Shown here: in pieces, positions 33,601 through 47,155 of the stretch
Layout of the letters: each line of letters begins with the position of its first letter
Position numbering within the stretch: position 1 is the first letter of the stretch
Origin: Mytilus trossulus
Lineage: Eukaryota
Direction: 5' to 3'
Assembly: GCF_036588685.1 (NCBI RefSeq)
Contig: NW_026963290.1
Span: 6,076,001 to 6,140,000, forward strand
Length of the DNA: 64,000 bases
Translations under genes and position numbers: made by a program
The notes under the pieces: model-generated
Told to the model about the DNA's origin: nothing
The model's input: only the letters and a program-made list of their open reading frames with translations
Databases searched by the model: none

Positions 33601-36168
33601 AACAAATATTGCAAAGAACCTAACTTGAAATTAAGAGTTCTACCAAATCAAGAAGGTCTGCTTCATTTCTTAAATATTTTTTACAATAATGGAACATAAG
33701 AAAGACTACAAGCAAAAATATTTAGCACACGGGATGATTTCAATAGCCTAAAATTATACGGCCTTCGCATATTCTACTTGATTTGATACGCTCGTGCATG
33801 TTCACACTTTATATTGTTATAAGTAAAAACTACTAACATTGTCAATAAAACATTTTAACACGGTTCTATTAAAAACCCGATAGGACGACACGTTACGTGT
33901 GTCTGTGTCTCACGTTCCTAGCGACATGTTAGTTCACATGTAGATCTTGAGATAGTAGAAAATTAAGCTGGTATGTAGTTTATCTGGTGTGTTCTATTCC
34001 CGATTGGATTGTGACTTAGAGTGCATTGATACATATAAAAAAGGTTAAGCTTATTCTGTTGACGAACTCCCGGTCATTGCTATTCTTTAGTTTTGTTGAA
34101 TAACCTTACCAAACTTTCTATAAGATTTGAATATAGGTAAACTGCTTTTCTAAATTTACAGCTCTGGAAAACATTATGAAGATCTTGGTAAAAAAAACGC
34201 AGCCTATATTTATGAAGATTTGAACAATGAAGGTAGGACGAGTTTTGGGTATATTTAAAAGAGGAACAAAAAATACCAAAGGGACAGTCAAACTCATAAA
34301 TCTAAAATAAACTGACAACGACATGGCTTAAAATGAAAAAAAAAACCAAACAGACAAACAAACAATACTAGAAGTACACTTGACACAACATAGAAAACTA
34401 AAGAATAAACAGCACCAAAAACTAGGGGTGATCTCAGGTGTTCTGGAAGGGTAAGCAGATTCTGCTCCACATGTGGCACCCGTCGTGTTGCTTATGTGAT
34501 ACCAAATCCGGTGAATATTCTAATTCGGTAGGTCACATTCATGAAAGGGAAGGGGATTGTAGTTACGACGAAACTATTTAGTCACGAAACTTGTAAATAT
34601 ACACAAGATATAACAAAATAAAAAATTGACGTTTTACATTGTTTTTATGTGATAATTAGGCAAATTAGTATAAAAATCAATCAAAAAGAGGATTATTCTT
34701 GTCATGTCTTGTGATTATACTATCTACTTGCTTGTAATGTTTCAAATTGAACTTTTAGTAGCACTTTAAACAGGAGAATGAATGTCTAATATGAGTCATT
34801 TCTCCAAACAATTTTAATAGCTTCGTTCTTATTTCTATTCATTACAGCTTTCGGAGAAACCAAAGTTAAAAGGTAATATTTTAATTAATTCCTTTGAAAG
34901 AAGATTTTTATTGATTTTTTGGGCAAAATATCATTCAATATAAAAAAACAAAAAAAGCAAAATTGCTATAAATGGTTAACATTTCAAAATAGAAAGTTTC
35001 TCGATTATATGTTCTCTATTCAATCTTTATCGAAGGACAATTTCGATTTAATCGAACAAACTGGTATATATAGTGTGATTATATAATTTTATCTAATATT
35101 AAAGTAAACATATCTTTTTTTTTTCATTTTAGCCCGACACAACTTTATGAGGAACTTGGTGTGAACAACGACTCAACTGTATATGATGATTTGACAAATG
35201 AGGGTGAGTCAACTATGATATTTATGTTTATTTCTTAAAAGGTGCTATATAAATACACATAAGCAAAATATTGAATAATATATTGTTATTGTTAGAACGT
35301 ATTGTGTAAAGAAAAAAAGGAAAGATGTTTATATTTGACAATGATATATCAATGTCCCTGAAATAAGTCTGCAGTATCATAATTCAAGTGCAATAATTTC
35401 TATCCATTATTTATTGGGATTACAATTAAAGAAATATTTTTTTAGTTTTAACTATCAAATAAATATTGCTTTTTATTGTTTTATATATTGTTTCAAACCA
35501 TTTCGACACACCTGCAGGTAGGTTGTGTATCCAAAAGGGTATCATCAGCTCAGTACTTAGCTTCTCACATGATTTATAGCATATACCTTTGAATAATTGT
35601 CCATTCATAAAATTTTAATTATTTTAAAACTACTGATGCAACTTCCTCATACAAAGTTGTTCAAAGTACAAATCATGTTTCGGTTGATTTGTCAACTAAT
35701 CGAGCTCAACCTAAACATGCTAAAAAGGGAATGATATCCATTTTGTTAACCCTGCAGTGTATCTCTTGAATCTTCAAATACCTGCAAACTAATTAAAGTA
35801 TCAGAACGTTTTATTTACATAAAACAAGGTCGACAAGACTCTGTAATGTGGATTGCGATTTAATCTTTATGCCCCATTTATGGGCATTATGTTTTCTGGT
35901 CTGTGTGTCCGTTCCTACATCAGTTCGTGCGTTCGTCCGTTCGTCGCGGTAGAAGTAGAAGTCCAATCAACTCGAAAATTAGTACACATGTTCCCTATGA
36001 TTTTCGAATTTAAATGCGAATCGGGCTTCCGTGTACAGGGAACTCATTCTTGTTCTATTTAACTTGACTAAAGTTTTGGCAAATAAAGATTAAGATTTTT
36101 ATATGACATGTTTTATATTTATTTCAGACGCTAAAAATAAAGTGTATGAACACGACGCAAAACAATAA
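30658..36168 (+). CDS. Duplicated four-ITAM cytoplasmic tail cassette (tail B, 8 exons); alternative 3' end or 5'-deleted paralog
   Basis: Exons 30658-30728, 31316-31340, 31635-31705, 32683-32707, 34162-34232, 34848-34872, 35133-35203, 36128-36168, all GT-AG and in frame: LSKNYEKLGLKDDSNVYEDLTNKDTKEIGGQSTTRHYDALGQREAPNVYDELTNEAQYENRCQSSGKHYEDLGKKNAAYIYEDLNNEAFGETKVKSPTQLYEELGVNNDSTVYDDLTNEDAKNKVYEHDAKQ*. Expression status unknown. Confidence 0.8.
31778..32478. mobile_element. TTAA-flanked MITE (Kolobok-type), tail B only
   Basis: TTAA|GGTAGCACAATACAAAGATTT ... AAATCTTTGTATTGTGCTTCC|TTAA; the paralogous site in tail A (~21160) is empty. Confidence 0.8.
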
Positions 36169-39100
36169 ACACAGGAAAACTGATTTACTTAATATTATGG
36201 TCAGATGAAAATAGAATACTGACAACTTTCTAATGACATCTTTTGTCAATTGACAACCAGTTAATGCATTCGTATCATATGACATGAAATTCGTCATTGA
36301 TGTCAGATGAGATGAGTAACAAAACTTCATCGAGATTTCCTTTAAATATGGAAAGAACAAGAAAGCTTCTAGCCAACAAATGGAATTTTCCACACTATAC
36401 GCAATGATATATGAGGAAAATTTCCCAATTAAAAAATCCCTGAAGAAAATTTTGTAGATTGCTTTGAATGTGTCTGGACAAACAATACACATAATCGTTA
36501 AAAAAAATAGCTCACAACATCTTTCATATGAATCGCAAAATGTAAATTTACAATTTTGTATATGAAAATTTTAATTTCTATTGTAACTGCAATTGTAAAA
36601 AGCTAACTTTGTATCAAATGTCAAATATATATTGCTAAAAACTTGTTGAATTAAAAGTTGGAAATTTGCTATTCTTTGAGATAAACTATCAAAATAAAAA
36701 CATCATGTTTTGTAGAAAATATTGCAGCGGTTTGTTTCGATTGGTATGGATATTTGTTATGAAATAAGCAAATGAATTATTTGCATTATAATTTTTTGAG
36801 TTGTCTTTCTTTCCACAATAAAATAGTATCATATATACACGTGGAATGTTATTTAACTATATAAGAAAGGTATTATCAAGAATACCATTCAAACGTATAC
36901 GTACTATTGATGTTATTATGAAACTGCTTTTGGATAGTCAGTATTATATGATACTTCCCATTATAATCCTTTTTCTGCGTGTATGGTTTGTAAACCTTAT
37001 GTTTACTTGGTTTTTGTTACCAATGCAACTAATGTACCCTCAATATTTAACAACATAGCAATGCAAATATACTTGCAAAATGATTCTTGCATTAATCTGG
37101 CGGCAGGTTTGGAATGCCACAAAACCAAGTTCAACCTACCATTTTTATTTAAATGCCCTGTACCAAGTCAAGAAAATGGCCATTGTTATATTATAGTTCA
37201 TCTCTTTGTTTGTTACATTTTAATGTGGTGTTTTTGTTGTATCGTAGTTCTCTTATATTTGATACGTTCCCTCAGTTTTTGTTTGTAACCCGGATTTGTT
37301 TTCGTGCCTGGGACAAGAACATCCTTATCATTTAGAATATTTCATAATTTAGCAAACAGTAAAGATAAATATAAAATGACTATATTATAAATATACATGA
37401 TTAAACTAAAGTGGTGAATAGCTACAGAATAAAAACGGATACATTACAAAAATACAGAGCCATGTTAGCTGATGATACATTTTGTACCTGAAAATATAAG
37501 TGTATATCTTTAATATCAGCTAAATTCCGTTATGCAGATGATCAATCGCCTGAAATCTTCATTTTGTTCATGAATTCCGGAATGTTATAAGTATACAATA
37601 AATAATTTAGAGTTTTGTTTTCAATTATGAATGTTCCATTGGTACTCTTTATTCATACGCATTTTATAAACTAATAAAACTTTTAAACAAAATGTGCAAG
37701 GAATCCGAAAGTAGCCATATAATATTGTAATTGCCTTTGCAATTAATTTGAATATCTGGAGAAAACAATGACAATTGTTTTACTGATTTAAACTGTTTGG
37801 TTCGCTCATAGACGAATTTAGTATATCGGACAACTATTTTCTAGATATTTTTCAAGGAATCAAGATACTGTATCCAATGTGCATACATATTAGTATGTTC
37901 ATTAACACAAATAAATATTGCTAATACTACTTTTTTCAGCTGTTTTTTGTTGTTGTTGAATAATTATACGATTATAATGTGTCATCTCCCCGCCAAATAA
38001 ACGAATACTTATACATGTAAAGTGATTCGAACTCTGAGGGTTCGAAACTACATGTACGTCATTTGGGATAACTTACAGGTTCTAAATTAAATATGTTAAA
38101 GTTTAAGTCAAAGAAAAAGTTTAATCAAAGTAATGTGCAGGTTTGATAAGACAGGAATACACACCAATCAATCATCACCACAGCTGTCTGATAAAGATAG
38201 CCCGGACATTAGTTATAGTTAGATAAAACTGTCAATGTCGCATTATCAAAATTAATTGAAGCATTGCACTTTTTTTTATGAAAACCACCTGGATTCGTCA
38301 TTTTGTTTTTTTCTATTTAAAATTTTTAGAGAGAAAAATATCTTCATATTGAATTTCTGAAAAACAAAAATACTACACGCGATGATGTAACATGGTCTTC
38401 CATAGTTTCGGTATAATTTAATCACACATTTCCATATATACGTGACGATTTAGATCTAGTTTGCAATTGACATGTTGTACAAACATCAGTCTATTGTTGA
38501 AATCCATATCTATTCTAATTTTGCTATTTTTGTTGTTGTATTGCTGTCACATTGACTTTTATCAGAGCTTACACATTTGAAGTCTCATTTGTCACAAATT
38601 ATGTAATCTTACTCCGAGTTTGCAATAAGATAATAAAAATACTAGGTTCGATTGTAATGACACATGTTTTTTTTAAAATATTTATAAGAATACAAAATGT
38701 TGTTTGGAATAAACGTATTTTTAAAGTGTGAACCTATTACACTCCAATATTTTAGTGAGTGATTATATACGGTAGTAAAGAGCAAGGCAAACATAAAATT
38801 ATGAATATTCTGGAAACCAAAAGGTTTGCGACTATTTTCACACAACATCTTGCAAGTAAAAGACTAGTGAGTCATGCACATTTCAGTAAGACTTACGATC
38901 ATTTTTAGTTGCAAGGTGTTTTGCGAAAGTGCATACACTTCTTCATATCTTAATCTTTTTTTATTGGCATTGAAACAGATATGCAGCTTGAATTTATGCA
39001 AACAAGTCGATTCAGCTGTTCAATCGTCAACTTTCTCTGCTGTAAATTTTATCTTTGCCATATCGAACGACTTTTTTTATATTTCAATTCATGCGTGTAC

Positions 39101-40299
39101 ACACTTTGCTGACAAGTCCCCCTGACACAAAAACTGCCCTAATAAAGTTATTAGAAGAATAACTGAAATCACAGACAGAAAGTTTTACGGTTTTAATCCA
39201 GAAAATGGTAGACCAATGCGATGCGTCGGTGTCTCTAATCGCAACCTTTTTGTTTTTTCTCGATTGGATTCTTAATGTACAAAAATAAACTCCTGACATT
39301 GATTATATATCCTTTTTGTGGCATTTTGATTAAGGTGGATATGCATTGTGTGAATGATATTTTATGCTGATAATCTTATTTTGTTAACAAATAGGAGCTT
39401 GCATGAAACAAATAAACAACACAAACTGTGCATTCTTGCTTAACTACAGATAAAATATTTTACAAAAACACTTAATAAAATCTACAAATTGAGAAAAAAG
39501 TGTACAGCTTAATTGTAATGTAAACTCAAACCTTTTTATACAGACAGCATGACAAAGCTTCATTGATCTAATTTGTGAATTTTGTCTAATACTTTAGTAA
39601 CGAGCAATAAAATTGAAAAAATATTTATTAAATATTTCTATGATAAGTATTATACATTGTAGTGCTGAAAGTTTAAAAAAAAAAGAGGTCAATCAAGACG
39701 ATTTAAATGGTTTGAAATGTAAATCATACCCATTTTTGACCTGATCTTAATAACTTTTAAAAAATCTAAATTATTTTTATCTGTCTGCACAACATCGGTA
39801 AATCAATAGTAAATTGCATATATTCATGCAAAGAGAAGTTGACAAATTAAGATCACTCTTAAGAAAGCGTGGTTTTTGATAAATCGAAGACATGATATGG
39901 CAGCGTGCTTAAGAAGGAGCCATGAAGTTATTATGTTAGCAACGTTCTCAAAAGGTCATATGAACATCTAAATGATATATCATTCAATTGACATTTAGAT
40001 AATGTCTGCTAATCAGCCTAGTATATTTTAAGAGTCTACAAAATGTATTTTAAATCATGCATGGTAATAAATCAAATTATATATTCATTTTTGCTGACGA
40101 AAATATACTGAGTGCCAATGAAAACGCAACACTTGGTTTTTCCAAAAAAAATATATTAGAAATGATAATCTTTCAAAATAAATTGTTCTTGAAAATTAAC
40201 AATTTTAACAATAGACCGATATCAAACAAAAGTGTTTCATTATCATCTTTCGGACGCAATAGGTAAACGAAGCATCCATTGTCGAATCATCAACTCACA

Positions 40300-40973
40300 G
40301 TCTTAACAAAAAATGTTACAATGTGGTGCAGCGCAATCTCGACAGCGACGTGGAATTGATAATCCTTGACATTTAATGTGATCCCGAGGAATGATATTCC
40401 ACTTGTTCTACAAAGCAAATAAAGTTGACTTTATAATAATGGTAGTGGCTTTCATCGTTTAAATCATGTCAAATCTGATGCAAAATTTGCTCGATGGGAC
40501 CAAAATCCAAAAGGCGGTGTGCCAAATGTATATGTAACCACCACTGACAGTTTTTTGGTACATAATGAATGATTTATGGTCTACAGAATTCGATTTTTAC
40601 GCCAGACGGTCGTTTAGATGTCACTAAGGAAAGACTGTGGAGCTATTTAACAATTTCTGCGCAAATCGTGATTTACTGAAATTGCTCCAAAGGTTCTACC
40701 GTGACCACCATTGAAATCTTGTAACCTTTGGACAGCCATCTGAGTCGATATCGGATATATCAAAGATTAAATGTATCGCTCTTGCTGAGCGTTACTTGTT
40801 TTTTGTACCCCTTGATGTGGCTTAACAATTAATGATCCATTTTGGTTGAATTTGTGGATGATAGGGTTATTGCAGATGCTACAACTTCAGTCCTCTCGTA
40901 ATTGTATGCTGTGATGGCTTCATTGGATCATGCCAAAAACTGCATGTTGCTGGTTGTCAGAAAGTCTTGGCAT
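40300..40973 (-). mobile_element. Highly decayed Tc1 transposase relic
   Basis: Minus strand: MPRLSDNQQHAVFGMIQ, HKFNQNGSLIVKPHQGVQKTSNAQQERYI, and SGGYIYIW (cf. the Tc1 GGGSVMVWG motif), with stops and frameshifts; TIRs not located. Confidence 0.55.
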
Positions 40974-43900
40974 TTACTCAGATGTTTATTGAAGTTTCTT
41001 AACAATAAGGCCGGGAAAATTTCATGCCATTTTTGCCAAGCTTTAAATGACAAAATCGTGAAAATGGTGCGTATGTTGAAAAACGGTGATTTCGGCTAAT
41101 GTCCGTTCAAAATAACCCTTACAATAAAGAAACAGTTGAATTCGTGTGAAATTCTGTGTATACCCAGTTTACGGTTGTTCATAATGTGAGAAGTGCCGTC
41201 TGATGTTATTCTGTGGTTTAAATGTTCCCTTATATTATGTATGTATGTATTTCTCTGTCATAAGTGTTCTTGTGTTCATTTGTACTGTTTTCCTGTGAAG
41301 TAATGTGTCATTTTAGCAGAATTTTTAACATAAGAATAAGATTGAGAAGTTTGACTAGCCATGAAACTAGGTTCAACTTACTATTTTTCTTTAAATGTTC
41401 AGTATCAAATCAGGAATATGACAGTTATTATAAATTAGTACGTTTCTATGAATTTTGGTGTTTGTTTTCGTTGAAAATAAGTATTTCTGTTGTTTCTTTG
41501 ATTATATGTATTCCCCATTTTCGGAATATTTTTTCTATTTTCACTTATTTGAGATGTTCTTGCTCTTATACTAAAGATATGTCAAAAGAGTTATGTATAT
41601 TTCTTTTATTTAATGCGTTCCCCTTAACGCTTAACCGATTTATATCTATAGAACAGCGGTATACTACTGTCGCCTTTTTGCAGTATTCTTTTTTTGTTGT
41701 CCGTTACTGACCTCTTTCTAAACAAAATTTCTTTTTTCTCCATTAAACCTCATTTTCCAATGACATTCCTAATTAAGCTGTTTTAAAAGTGGTGCGAACG
41801 ATACCAGATGGACAGTCAAACTCGTATTTTGAAACACCATGGCTACAAAAGAAACACAAACACACAATTAAAAGTACACAAGACACAACACAAAGATTTT
41901 AGGTTATTACCCAGCATTTTACATTGCCCCAGGGTGTTAAGCAAACAACAACAGTCAAACAACAATCATATGTATTTGTCTATTCATATTGTGATATTTT
42001 GACTGATTGATGATTTACCTGACTAGGTATGGCTGTTTTACGAAATGCTTACCCCGTCTAAAACATGCAGACTAGTTTTTTTTTTTTAATTTGAACGATT
42101 CCCCCAAATTTTCATTATTCATTTGAGTTGAACAGTTTTAACGCATTTGCGATATTTGAATATCGGTTTACAACTGTTGCCTCATATTTATATTCTTAAG
42201 TCTAACGGTCAAAATAATGACTAATGGAATTGGCCTCTTATCTGTTAAACAGTTGTAATATTTTGTTTACTAGTCTGCACGTTTTATTATGCAAATACAC
42301 AGTGACAGTTTAGTAGCAATTGATAATTTAATATTAATATTTTAATTTCACGTACCGAATAAAATTTATACGTTTGTATTAATAATACCTCAGTTATTAA
42401 TTATTGAATATTAAGTCAACTGTTTCTTTGATCGGTTTCTTGTTGACATTTACATTTAAATAAAATTACATATAAACACAGAATTTAATTACTGTTATAA
42501 GGAGTAAAAAAAAGAAAATGCAAGTAGTTTAATCATCAATAAGATTGATTGTACTTTAAGGTCCAAATTCGTGATTAAAATCTATTCGAATATAAGATGT
42601 GATGTCTACACGCAACAAGTTAACGAAGAAATCTGTAAACTAATAATGATTTCTGCTAAATATCTGTCTTCAAGCAATTGTAAATTACCTGATGAAACGA
42701 GATTTTGTACAGTTTTTATAATTGGATTGTACTTTACCAATTGTAAGTTGATCAATCCATAAAGATTGTTGTGAAATGATTGATAGACATTCCCTGGGAC
42801 AGATAAATCATTGCAATACAAATATCTAAATAGAAAACAATTGGATAATTCGTTGGAAAAACAACTTTTATTTAGATCACATTTAGTGAAAGGTTTTTAA
42901 TTTAATATAATGGTTTATAGACTGCAATCTTAAAGGCAGCTTGGTCTCTTTTAAAAATTCCATAACAGATTTCTGGTAGTTTTGAAAATAAATTACATTA
43001 ATTATCAAATTCCAATTTTTTATTTAATTATGTTATAACACACATAAGGGAACAAAAATCTTTATTGAAAACCGCATCGGTGGTCTTGGTGAGGTAATCA
43101 TGTATCCAATAAGGACGGTTGTGGATATAACACCGACTTGATCAAGTGTCCGTTAAGCATGCTCATTTAGTATCGATAATGATGTCTGGTCATGATGTCG
43201 TGGCATGTCTTCAAGGCCTGTTGACTGTTACCTCATGAACTAACTCGTTAAAGATCGTTCTCAGCATGTCTGTTTTGTTCAAAGCAGGGTTCATGTTCAT
43301 ATCACTTTCTAAAGATGCAAGGTTGAACGATGGGCTATAGTTACCAATTGCGGTTTATTTCTGAACACGTGTAACCGAATTGAATAAAATACGAAGTATG
43401 CTTTAATTGCCTTGGGCTGATTCTGCTCTTTGGTCAGGTTGTTATCTCTTTGATGCATTCGCTATTACCACTCCAAATTATATGTAATACATTGTTAGCA
43501 AAGTGTTGAGAATTTATGAAAATTTGTACATTGTGTAGGAACTCTTCACCCAGTACCATACCTCATGTTCAATCGATAGAATCGTCAACAAATTATATTT
43601 TTTCATGATATAAGTTGATAAGTTGCATTTTGTCACACAACTGCAATGTAAAACATTTGTAAAACGGCTGCACAATAATATTTTAAAATCAATAATTATA
43701 TAACTATGTGCAATTGTTGAAAAATATATCAGTTTATTTTGTAAATTTCTTGAAGAACCAAACTGTAAGTTGTTTCAGGACAATTTTAATTTTGATCTTG
43801 CGAGTTACACTATTACAAATGATTTTGACCCTACCTCTTTGACAGATAATTAAGTGAAAACGAATGATGTATCAATTCAAATGTACGCATCCAAACTTTA

Positions 43901-46030
43901 AAACTATGTTTATTGCATTTTCCTTCCATCATTTTAGAAGGTTGTAATGAATTGAATCACAATCTATCAATCTATAAGATAAATTTCACATGTCACAAAG
44001 CCATTTGCGATTTATTTGTTGATATATTCACCATGTCAATGGGTTTCTTCTCTAAGAAATGAAATGGGAATACTTTTTTTTATAAAGTGTGTATCCATTA
44101 TGTTAGGCAGAAGATTTTTGATGGTTTTTCTATCCATTGAATGTAGCATTGATACATTGAATAATTGTACATCAGGTATTGGTAATGAAGTGAATCTTAT
44201 ATACAGATAGCGGTTAATTGTCGTCCTCTAGCCCGTATATTTGAATGCACTCAGAACCTTTCGAGAAATAAAATACAGACATCAGAAAAAACAAAAATAC
44301 ATGCATAAAAAGGATTTATTGTAATGCAATCACCGTTCATATCTAATCAAAAACATTCTTTGATGCTGTGTTCGTGGTAATATCTCAAAATAAAATAATT
44401 TGTAGATGCTTAAGTATTTGACCCAGTAACACCATCACGCAAATTACGTATTAATATAAATAATTTCTTTTTTAATATCGACAAACATGTTTCATGTAAA
44501 CCGATATTAGCAATCAAAGAATTCTTAATTGTTTGTTGTGTTTAATGGCTATTGTAAGTACTTGTTGCTTACAGAGTATACACACACATTGGTATCTATG
44601 TCTTTGAAACGAAATTCAGTTATAATTTATTGTCATCATTAGTCATTGGTCATAATTCTTCAAGTTTTGTAATGAGAACAATACTTCAGACATGAAAAAT
44701 AAGCTACATAACCAAACATTGTAAAAGACTATGTATGTCTTCGAATGAAACCCATTCATTGGAATTTCTTAGAGAATAACATTCGTAGGGAGACATTTAA
44801 CCCGCATTTTTTAGCTTAGCAACATATTATCCCTAAACGATGATTTACATCATCCTTTTGAACATTTTTACATTTGGACAGGTTTTTTTCGATATTTTTC
44901 AGATTTTTTAAAGTAAGAAATCGCCAAAAATCAAAAGATCCAAATATTCGGAAAATTTGGAAATACTTCGCTTGTCTCGTCTTATTCTCGGTTTATACTA
45001 ATAAACAAGCTTAAAATCTCGTTACTCTTTTCTTTGCAGAGTTTTATAAGTTACTTGAGTATTGATTTTTATTTTTTTGTATGGTTTGACTCTTGCGACT
45101 GAACTTCACTAAACATCTTTTAAAAAACGTTGATCCCAATTCACAACCAATGTGATTTTTGGGGCGTTATCTTTTGACTCAATGGATATTAATGTCTTAA
45201 ATTTAAAACTGTTTAAACTTCTCAACATTAAACATACGCAAGATTGAGTTTTATACTTCTAAATTGTTTATTTTCAAAAAGTATATCAAGTGATTTGTAA
45301 TAACACGAAGTATATAAAGCTTTGTATGTTTAGTCAAAGTGTTACGGTTATAGCGTAATGTTTGTTTGAACTGACGTCATATTCCTAATGATTACAAACA
45401 TTACAGTATAAATTTATAAACTTGCTTCTTCTGACGTAACGTTCATATTTATGTTTCATCAAGATCATCAATATACCGAGGAAAATTCAAACATGTTTAC
45501 AAGAGATAATATATTAATACAAGACACATGTTCAGCATTTCAGTTTCAGGAATGTAGAAAAAAATTAAATCGAAGATAACTATTGACAGCTTAATGAAAG
45601 TCTTAAATTTTTATTCATCTTCAACGTGAACCTCACGGGCTGATCGTCATTTTTAAAATTCTTTAACTAGTATTGTCTGCAAGATGTGTATGCTTAGCTG
45701 AAAAAATGACTTGTCTTTTGATATTTAATTTTGTATTTCCCGCCAGAAAAATTATTCGAATCAATTGCCATATTATAAAGTGATCGCCTATTTATTAGAT
45801 TTCCATATGGTAGGTATTAATCACTATTAATCAAAACTGTTCAAACCTCTGAACATTATATAAACGCAAGATCGAGTTTTAATACTTCTAAGTTGTTTAT
45901 TTTCCAAAAGTATATCAAGTGATTTGTAATAACACGAAGTATATAAAGTGTTGTATGTTTAGTCAAAGTGTTACAGTTATAACGTAATGTTTGTTAGAAC
46001 CGACGTTATATTCTTAACGATTACGATTAC

Positions 46031-46408
46031 GAACGCCATCACGAGTTGGTTGACCGTTATAGAATAACCCTTTCACAAATGATATCGGATATGTTCCTTA
46101 CGTCGTAACTACAATCCCCTTCCCTTTCATGAATTTGACATACCGAATTAGACTATTTACCGGATTTGTAATCACATAAGCAACACGACGGGTGCCGCAT
46201 GTGGAGCAGGATCTGCTTACCCTTCCGGATCACCTGAGATCACCCCTAGTTTTTGGTGGAGTTCTTGTTGTTTATTTTTTAGTTTTCTATGTTGTGTCAT
46301 GTGTACTATTGTTTTTCTGTTTGTCTTTTTTATTTTTAGCCATGGCGTTGTCAGTTTGTTTTAGATTTACGAGTTTGACTGTCCCTCTGGTATCTTTCGT
46401 CCCTCTTT
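46031..46408 (+). mobile_element. 3' end of a Penelope-like element
   Basis: Encodes a C-terminal peptide ERHHELVDRYRITLSQMISDMFLTS* followed by the 3' region shared with the 22650/29385/34259 copies. Confidence 0.7.
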
Positions 46409-46416
46409 TACAAACA

Positions 46417-47155
46417 TCTATAATACTAAAATTACGAGGTCCAGTTTATCAGCCGTCATCGGGTATAAACGACAAATCAAAGAATTCAACTTTAAATATA
46501 ACTAATATAGGGCAATGGTGTAGATTAAAAATTACACCACTCCAGACCCTTTTGTTTTCCACATAATTAATATTGCCAATAAATAACAAGTTCTGGGTCG
46601 AGTCCGATACCGATACCAATATTATATTCACCTGGCTGTTACCTATAACCTTATCTGCACGTTCCGCATTTGACTGGCGCACCACCAAAAGATGTATTAG
46701 GCAAACGGGTCATAATCACAGGGTTTACACTCCTAAATTCAATCATTGTCAAATTGTTCCCCATTGTTATCAGTAAGACTCCCTAAGATAACAATACGGA
46801 TACTAAAAATCTGGACTTAAAATAAAGCGTATACACAGGTACAGTTTTCAATTTGTTAGCGGGCATGACGTAAACAGCGAATACAAGAATTCAACTTTAT
46901 TTACAATTAATGCTGTTATTAAAAAATACTCCATTCCAGGACCTTTTGTTTTCCAAATAATTAATAAATACCAATAATTCACAAGTTCCAGGTCGACGGG
47001 TTCAAACAGAAATATCTTGCAAAAGCAGAGAAAACTGTGTATCTTATAATCGGCATGACTTTATCAGATGATAATACCAATACTAAAATAAGGCTTACGC
47101 ATTGTTATATACTTTAATTCAGTCACGGACCCGCATTTTCGCGGGTGTGTTCTAG
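46417..47155 (+). mobile_element. Non-autonomous Helitron
   Basis: 5' TC, 3' CTAG, subterminal hairpin ACCCGC-ATTTTC-GCGGGT (47129-47146). Inserted between A and T with no TSD; the empty site ACAAACA|TTACAGTATA is visible in neighbouring tandem units. Confidence 0.9.

Noticed and set aside
42571-42821. Helical/TPR-looking ORFs
   Set aside because: Short, no clear splice context and no motif I can name; BLASTX would be needed.
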